Source: Planctomycetota bacterium (GTDB taxonomy: Bacteria > Planctomycetota > Phycisphaerae > UBA1845). From it: 32,000 nucleotides of DNA. Positions 26,438-32,000 of this stretch are shown piece after piece. The position numbers were made by a program, and so were the translations under genes. How positions within the stretch are numbered: the stretch's first letter is position 1; every line of letters begins with the position of its first letter. The stretch covers positions 76,965-108,964 of the forward strand of contig JAUWWQ010000006.1 in the NCBI GenBank assembly GCA_030616775.1. Reading direction: 5' to 3'. The notes beneath the pieces were generated by a model. The model ran no database searches and had not been told where the DNA came from. It saw only the letters and a program-made list of their open reading frames with translations.

Positions 26438-28216
26438 TCAGCGAAGAGCGCCCGTGTGATCCTCGGCGTCGCATAGGTCGGGATGTTCAGGACACGCCGG
26501 TTGCAGCCGATCACCGGTCAGCAAGACCAGCAACGGCTCTCCCTCCTCATTCTCCCTGCCCCTCACATCGTCCGCGGATTGGACAGCCCCGGAGACGGAT
26601 GACGCACGTTCCCAAGGTACAAGTTCGGTACGTGGCAATGGGACGCCATAATCCCAGGACTCGGGCACGCCGGTGAGCTGCAACGGAGTAGCGATCAGAT
26701 AGGCGTTTTCTGGTCCAGGCAGCGGCCTGCGCCGAGACACGATGTCAACACTGGCCTTGCGCCACCAGGGCTGTGCCTGTCCATCAACAGCCACGCGAAG
26801 CCGCGATCGCAAGTCCGGGGGAAACAGGATGCGGTATCGCAGGTACAGCGAGGCGGGCATGAAAATCTCGCGCTGATCATCCCATTCCGTCAGGGCTACA
26901 AGCCGCTTTACGGCATCTCCGAGGCGTTTGGTGGGGCGGTTGCGAAAACCGTTCAGCTCCTTGGGGTTGGTGTAGGCCAGCATGACTATCGCGACGAATA
27001 CAAGCGGCCACCCGCGCCGGACCCAACTCGGCGATGGAGTAAGGTTGAGCGTCCGGTGAGCCAACCACCCCAAACACAAGGCAAATGGGACACAAGCGGT
27101 CAGGATGGCACGGCCGTCAAAGAACGGATAGGGCTGCAATCCCTCCTTGATCCTCACCGGTGTGAGGGCCAAAAACAGGTACGTTGCGATTGCCCAAACG
27201 GCAAGACCGCGCCCGGGGCGGTTAAGAAAAAGTACCAGGCCGGCGGCGGGCCAAAATGCAATCGCCAGCAGACCCCACCCCGATGTCGAAGGGTGAAGAA
27301 TCAACGTGATCCGGCTCCACGCGAGCTTTGCGAAACCGGCAAGGCCCTCAGTGCCGGAGGCCATAAACAGATGATCCGCCGATTGTGCATTCCGGAGTGC
27401 GTGAAGCTTGAACCAGAAGTCGTCGGCCACCCATACGTAAAATAGTCCCTGGATGAAGAACAAGGCTATGCAGCCCAGCGCCACTGACGTCAGGCTCAAG
27501 GTTCGAATGTAACGAGTATCGCTTCGCCATGTCCAGACGATAAAGACCACACCGATGCCCGTACTTACGCTGAAGATCTTGGCGGAGGCGGCAAGTCCGA
27601 GAGCCAGGCCGCACGCCGCTGCGTACATCAGCGCTTGTGGAAGACGACGCTCGCGAGTCAGCGCAATGGTCAGCAGGATTGCCACCGTCGTCCAAAGGCA
27701 AGCATGTACATCCGGGTAAGCGGTTGTGGAAAGCACGCGGAAGTAGGGAAGCACCGAGACCACTGTGGCCGCACATAATCCTTCCCACCAGCCCCACACC
27801 ATCCGTCCCAGGACGGCCACCACCGCAACACAGAGCATAGAAGCGACGACCATGGGCAAGGCGACCGCGGTGGGACTATCGCCAAACAACCGGATCGACA
27901 TTGCAATTGGAATGATAACGCTCATCCGCGCGGAGTGATGATGCACACGTTGAATCTTCTCGCCCGCAAGGACCTGCTCGGCTGCGGAATAATACGACGC
28001 ATCGTCAGACCCCAACCATCCGGTTGGGTCCAGGATGCGCACCGCGGCCGTCAGGATCATAAGCGCAGCGAACCACAGAATGATCCATGTCGTTACGCGT
28101 TCGCGGCCTTTGAGGGGACCTTCGCGTGAGGTATGAGCGGCCGTAGCCATAGTTGTTGGCAGTGCCATAGGGGCTTCCGTCTGGCTTCTCGTCTGAAGCG
28201 CAGACAGCCTGCGCAT
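26438..28216 (-). CDS. Glycosyltransferase family 39 / ArnT-like integral membrane protein
   Basis: 592-aa multi-TM ORF with 'DPTGWLGSDDASYYSAAEQVLAGEKI' and 'FGDSPTAVALPMVVASML' near the N-terminus, the usual position of the catalytic Asp and first loop. Confidence 0.75.
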   Translation of the reverse strand: MRRLSALQTRSQTEAPMALPTTMATAAHTSREGPLKGRERVTTWIILWFAALMILTAAVRILDPTGWLGSDDASYYSAAEQVLAGEKIQRVHHHSARMSVIIPIAMSIRLFGDSPTAVALPMVVASMLCVAVVAVLGRMVWGWWEGLCAATVVSVLPYFRVLSTTAYPDVHACLWTTVAILLTIALTRERRLPQALMYAAACGLALGLAASAKIFSVSTGIGVVFIVWTWRSDTRYIRTLSLTSVALGCIALFFIQGLFYVWVADDFWFKLHALRNAQSADHLFMASGTEGLAGFAKLAWSRITLILHPSTSGWGLLAIAFWPAAGLVLFLNRPGRGLAVWAIATYLFLALTPVRIKEGLQPYPFFDGRAILTACVPFALCLGWLAHRTLNLTPSPSWVRRGWPLVFVAIVMLAYTNPKELNGFRNRPTKRLGDAVKRLVALTEWDDQREIFMPASLYLRYRILFPPDLRSRLRVAVDGQAQPWWRKASVDIVSRRRPLPGPENAYLIATPLQLTGVPESWDYGVPLPRTELVPWERASSVSGAVQSADDVRGRENEEGEPLLVLLTGDRLQPACPEHPDLCDAEDHTGALR

Positions 28217-28326
28217 ACGGACCGAGGGAAGCTCGTAAATCCGATAATCTTTCGGCGGGTCAGAGGGCGTTCTTGAAAAAACATGGGCGGTGCCTGCAGA
28301 TGCCGGTCCTTATATCGCGGAAGAAA

Positions 28327-28366
28327 GCCGGTTTCTTTCTGAAAGGTCTGTCAGAAAACGACCGGC
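28327..28366 (-). terminator. Possible intrinsic terminator overlapping the PilZ-like gene stop codon
   Basis: GCCGGT...ACCGGC outer stem with inner TTTCTG...CAGAAA; on the minus strand it is followed by TTTCTT. Confidence 0.4.
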
Positions 28367-28803
28367 GGTGAGAGATGAATGTCATTCGCTACCTGCAATG
28401 CTTCGGCAAACCAGGGGTAACGGGCTTTCGAGGACTCAACGTCACCCGTGAGTATCCAATGTGGACCGACTGCTTTCACCTGCATGCCAATCTCACAGTA
28501 CTCTCCGCCCACGACACGGCAAAACACCACCGTTCCTGCGAAGTGTGTTCGCGTCTTGTTGGGTCCGGCGATGACCGCTTCGATTGGGCGCCCGGTTGGG
28601 ATGGCCTCGGGCATTTTCGCGATGATGGATAGGCCGCGGAAGGAAGAATTACAGGTTACGACGTCCAGGATTCTCTTTCTTGGCCCGTCCTCGCCAAAGA
28701 CCCATAGCTCGCACGTCGTACAGGACCGGCGGCGGGCCTCAGCCCGACGTTCCACATCGAGGTGTTCAACGTTCGTATTGTTGACGTTGTACTCGTGGAC
28801 CAT
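28351..28803 (-). CDS. PilZ-like domain protein
   Basis: 150-aa ORF: 'ERRAEARRRSCTTCELWVF', 'DVVTCNSSFRGLSIIAKMPEAIPTGRPIEAVI', 'FAGTVVFCRVVGGEYCEIGMQ' resembles PilZ (RRxxxR ... SxxG). Confidence 0.6.
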   Translation of the reverse strand: MVHEYNVNNTNVEHLDVERRAEARRRSCTTCELWVFGEDGPRKRILDVVTCNSSFRGLSIIAKMPEAIPTGRPIEAVIAGPNKTRTHFAGTVVFCRVVGGEYCEIGMQVKAVGPHWILTGDVESSKARYPWFAEALQVANDIHLSPPVVF

Positions 28804-29303
28804 TTCCGTCAGAACCTCTTTCTGTCAACGGTAGCGGCGGCCTGACGCCACCGCAGGTCACGAAGGTGTTTGGATATTCTTGCGCTCCGTTCCCACTCCT
28901 CCGATCGTCCGAAATACGACCCGATCACGCCTGGCCAACACGAAGATCCACACCGTACGCGGGCTAAGCGCTTATCGTCCCAACGTCTCGAGTGGTTCAA
29001 CCCACAGGTGCTTTCCCAATCATAGGCGTGAGGCGGACCACAGACAATCACACCGAGGACGTTTCCGGTTGAATGGTAATGCGGACCTACAAGGCCCCCC
29101 CTTCCCGGACTATCTGGATGGCTTCCGGATTCTACCGCGTCTGAATCAACAGTTGCCCGCCATCTGTCGCAGCCATGTCACCAACACACAACCGATAATC
29201 TTCCGTCCCAGTACGGCAACCGCACAAGTACGATTCGTAACGTATACTCTCGGGTAGTTGTCAGTCCCGATCCGGATCCTCAGGCAGAAAAAGGGGCCTA
29301 TCG

Positions 29304-29981
29304 ATGGAGAGTAACGATAATCGGGAAAGCACGGCGAATCATGGTGGCTGCAATCGTCGACGGCAGTACCTCATCAATCCCGGTTTTCAGTGGAAATATG
29401 CAATCACGCTTGCACTGGCGGTCTTTCTGATCTCCGCGCTGATAAGCTCGGTCCTCTACGCTCTTCTGCACCACCAGGCACGATTGAGGTTGATGAACCC
29501 GGAAGCGTACACGGCACAGGTCACTCTGGTTATTCTTCTGTTCGGAGCGGCCTTTTCCATGTTGACTGCCGGAGCTTTGGCTGTTTGGTGTGTCTTTATG
29601 ACTCATCGGATTTGCGGTCCTCTGTTTGTACTGGAACGCAACCTGGGTGAGCTTGCCGATGGCCGCTTGCCGAAGCTGCGGTCGCTGCGGCGAAAAGACG
29701 AGTTCAAAGACCTCTACGCGGCCTTTGGAAGGGCGGTTGAGTCGTTGAAAGTAAACAAACAGGCGGAGTTGGCCACGCTGACCCAGGCCCTGACCATCGC
29801 GGAATCAGCTGCCAACGCCAACGATGAAGCCCGGAAGGACGCCCTGAGTTCGGTCGCCACTCATATCGAGACGTTGCGCGACGTCGCTACTAAGGCCCTC
29901 GGAGTTGAGGCCGGAGCAGTACCGGAAGCCGCGACAGTACGGTCTGGATCGACCGCCAAGATACCGGTCGCAGTCATGTAG
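29304..29981 (+). CDS. Membrane protein with HAMP-like region
   Basis: 225-aa ORF with two TMs ('YAITLALAVFLISALISSVLYALL', 'VTLVILLFGAAFSMLTAGALAVWCVFM'), then 'THRICGPLFVLERNLGELADGRLPKLRSLRRKDEFKDLYAAF', typical HAMP layout. Confidence 0.72.
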   Translation: MESNDNRESTANHGGCNRRRQYLINPGFQWKYAITLALAVFLISALISSVLYALLHHQARLRLMNPEAYTAQVTLVILLFGAAFSMLTAGALAVWCVFMTHRICGPLFVLERNLGELADGRLPKLRSLRRKDEFKDLYAAFGRAVESLKVNKQAELATLTQALTIAESAANANDEARKDALSSVATHIETLRDVATKALGVEAGAVPEAATVRSGSTAKIPVAVM

Positions 29982-30033
29982 TCGCTGACGATCGACGATC
30001 TCTACCGGGCTGCCAGAGGTCGCCGCCGCGCAG

Positions 30034-30062
30034 AAAAAAGGCCGCCGGAACGAGGCGGCCTT
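30034..30062 (-). terminator. Intrinsic terminator
   Basis: Minus strand AAGGCCGCC-TCGTTCC-GGCGGCCTT followed by TTTT: 9-bp perfect stem, 33 nt downstream of the stop at 30096. Confidence 0.85.
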
Positions 30063-30095
30063 CAAAGCTCTTTTGTATAGGTGAACAGCCGGACT

Positions 30096-30848
30096 CTAGG
30101 GCAAACGCCGCCTGATAATCCCAGCGAGTCCGAGCCCAGTCATAGCCAGCAGGGCGGCACCCGGCAGGGGGACGATCTCGGCGTCGTGAGAAAAGGGCGC
30201 GAATTTCGCGTGGTTAGTCGAGTAGAGAGTATCGTACAAGTCGAAGTGCAGTATCATGTCGGATTCGGCCAGCACTGAGATCTCGTAGACGTTGATGTGA
30301 CCTCCCGTTTCAGAGGGATCAACCGGGAATTCGCCTATGACGTCTGCGACGGACGAGGTCGTCTCGCCAAAGTGACCCAGCCCGAACTCCTGCCAATAGG
30401 TTCCCGGTCCAAAAATACCGTGACTGGGTAAAGAACCTTGGTCCCCGAGAACCCCGAGAGCCGGCGCGCTACCGTCCGTCACGGTTTGGATGAAGGTCGG
30501 CACGTCCGGTGTGGTCGGATCTAACCAACCCCCATAGCCTCCGGTTGTCGAGGGCGTGAACGTGATTATGGGGGCGACATCCACGGCAGCGTACGCAACC
30601 GAAAGACGCACACTCTCAAGGGGGCCGTGGCCGCCAGGCCCCACAATATTTCCCAGGGCCCATAGGCGGAACGTCTCACCATCCGAGAAGCCGGGCATAA
30701 CCAGCACCCACGTCTCCGTTTCGGTATCGTATGTAGCCCCTTCCAGGTATAGTTGGAGAGGCGGGATCCCCTGAGCGGACGAAGCGCCCAAAAACATCGC
30801 GCCCGCAACGACTAGGTACACCACACTTCTGTTAATTTGGAGGCACAT
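30096..30848 (-). CDS. Secreted protein with PEP-CTERM-like C-terminus (VPLP variant)
   Basis: 250-aa with signal peptide; C-term 'AEIVPLPGAALLAMTGLGLAGIIRRRLP' = motif + hydrophobic helix + basic tail. Confidence 0.78.
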   Translation of the reverse strand: MCLQINRSVVYLVVAGAMFLGASSAQGIPPLQLYLEGATYDTETETWVLVMPGFSDGETFRLWALGNIVGPGGHGPLESVRLSVAYAAVDVAPIITFTPSTTGGYGGWLDPTTPDVPTFIQTVTDGSAPALGVLGDQGSLPSHGIFGPGTYWQEFGLGHFGETTSSVADVIGEFPVDPSETGGHINVYEISVLAESDMILHFDLYDTLYSTNHAKFAPFSHDAEIVPLPGAALLAMTGLGLAGIIRRRLP

Positions 30849-31435
30849 GTTTTTCTATCCTCTGTCTACTTTGAAACTCTGTACGTAGACGCCCGGCCCT
30901 GGGCGACATTCTCAGCCCTTCCCGCATTAGATTGCGGTACCCGCATCCTAGCGGCCCGTCCCGAACGCGTCAACCCAGAAAAAAAAAAGCTTTCCTGGGT
31001 GACGCCGCCGTCCGAGGGTACGCCGACGCTGAGCCATGTACGCCCGATATCGCGCGAGTCCCGGGTCCCTTCATTCACTTTGTGACGTATGGGCGTCGCT
31101 TGCCGTCTGACCGGTTTAGTGCGCTAGGTTCTATATGCCGACTAACACCAGTGCATCAGTCCGATAATTTCAGCGATTCGCCGACGACCGGTTACCCACG
31201 CGCTGGTCGAGTGTGTGTCAGTGTCACGCAAGGTCGAGCCCCTGCGGCTGGCGACGGAAGCGTGACGGTCAACGAGGGCGCCACGGCGTGACGGACGTGT
31301 CTCGCTTCGCAGCCGGCGCAGAACCCGTGGCAAAGACACTGGGTCGCCGGTTCATGCGCTTCTAGAGCCGGCTACTCCAGGGGTAGCAATATTTGAACCT
31401 AGATTGATGGCGGTCCCGCTTACGGCCCCTGAATC

Positions 31436-31858
31436 CTAACGCTTGCCGACGATCCGTATGCAGTCCGAAGCGCTGAACTCGCTCCCGTCCAGCAAAGAGC
31501 CACTGATTGTCAACGTCACAAAAGTGTGCCGCGGGACGGAACGCAGGTCCAGCGTTTCGACCAGCTCCCTGGTCAGGAACTTCAGCGAAAGGTCGTCGAT
31601 CCCGTCACCGGTCAGGCTGTGGCAGTCACAGAGTTCGCCCGTAAACGGCGTAGCCACGTCGCTGATGTTGGCCGCGCGGCCGCGCACCCGTCTAGCCGGT
31701 CTGACTATTCCACCAACGCCGTCGGCACGGGTGAGCACGACAGAGCTGACATCGATCTGAGTGACGTCGAACGCGTCACTACCGACGATTGCCGTCGGAA
31801 CCACGCCCTTGCTTCGTACGCTCACCGGATTGGGACACGAGCCGGGCTTTATGTCCAA
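31436..31858 (-). pseudogene. 5'-truncated C-terminal domain of a planctomycete-type secreted protein
   Basis: 'DIKPGSCPNPVSVRSKGVVPTAIVGSDAFDVTQIDVSSVVLTRADGVGG...DVATPFTGELCDCHSLTGDGIDDLSLKF...GSLLDGSEFSASDCIRIVGKR'. No ATG; only an internal TTG. The in-frame upstream reading (CDPPTIIVYPTSKGGGSPAPAAYLDIKPG) ends at a TGA. Confidence 0.6.
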
Positions 31859-31866
31859 GTATGCTG

Positions 31867-31977
31867 CCGGGGCGGGTGACCCACCTCCTTTGGAGGTGGG
31901 GTAAACGATGATCGTGGGCGGATCGCATCACCAGATGATCGGCCAGCTTCCGGCGGGCGGGTGGCCCACCTCGTTTG
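31867..31977. repeat. Two imperfect direct copies of CCGG(CG)GGCGGGTGRCCCACCTCSTTTG
   Basis: 31867-31892 and 31950-31977 align with 2 mismatches and one 2-nt gap. Copy 1 extends into a hairpin CCCACCTCC-TTT-GGAGGTGGG (31880-31900). Confidence 0.75.
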
Positions 31978-32000
31978 TAGGAATGCGCACGAAGCTTCAT

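Noticed and set aside
28880-29257. 125-aa plus-strand ORF upstream of the HAMP-like gene
   Set aside because: No motif and unusual composition; not supported as coding.

Overview
The window looks like a chromosomal segment from a Planctomycetes/Phycisphaerae-like bacterium. This is inferred from TSP3-rich and PEP-CTERM-like secreted proteins and a 'DIKPGSCPNP' C-terminal domain, not measured. Left part: tRNA-Pro(TGG), a sensor/SpoIIE-type phosphatase next to an M42 peptidase, a PiT phosphate transporter with its DUF47 partner, and glutamine synthetase overlapping a small unknown ORF. Middle: a tight five-gene minus-strand operon (class I methyltransferase, radical SAM protein, asparagine synthase-like amidotransferase, two GT2 glycosyltransferases). 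It is followed by a second methyltransferase, a TPR-like plus glycosyltransferase protein, and a lipoprotein with about 15 thrombospondin-type-3 repeats. Right: a divergent tetraheme cytochrome c, then a plus-strand nonaheme cytochrome c / TAT-type Rieske / cytochrome b cluster with no recognisable cytochrome c1. Beyond it lie a methyltransferase, a GT39-like protein, a PilZ-like protein, a HAMP-like membrane protein, a PEP-CTERM-like protein and a 5'-truncated domain remnant. The most interesting non-coding signal is a double-hairpin element at two loci (8535-8590 and 18107-18168). Each copy lies about 40 nt downstream of a minus-strand stop codon, has conserved loops, and its stems differ while remaining paired. 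One copy also carries a 23-bp x3 tandem expansion. I found no CRISPR array and no intact transposase. Domain calls come from reading motifs; no database search was run.
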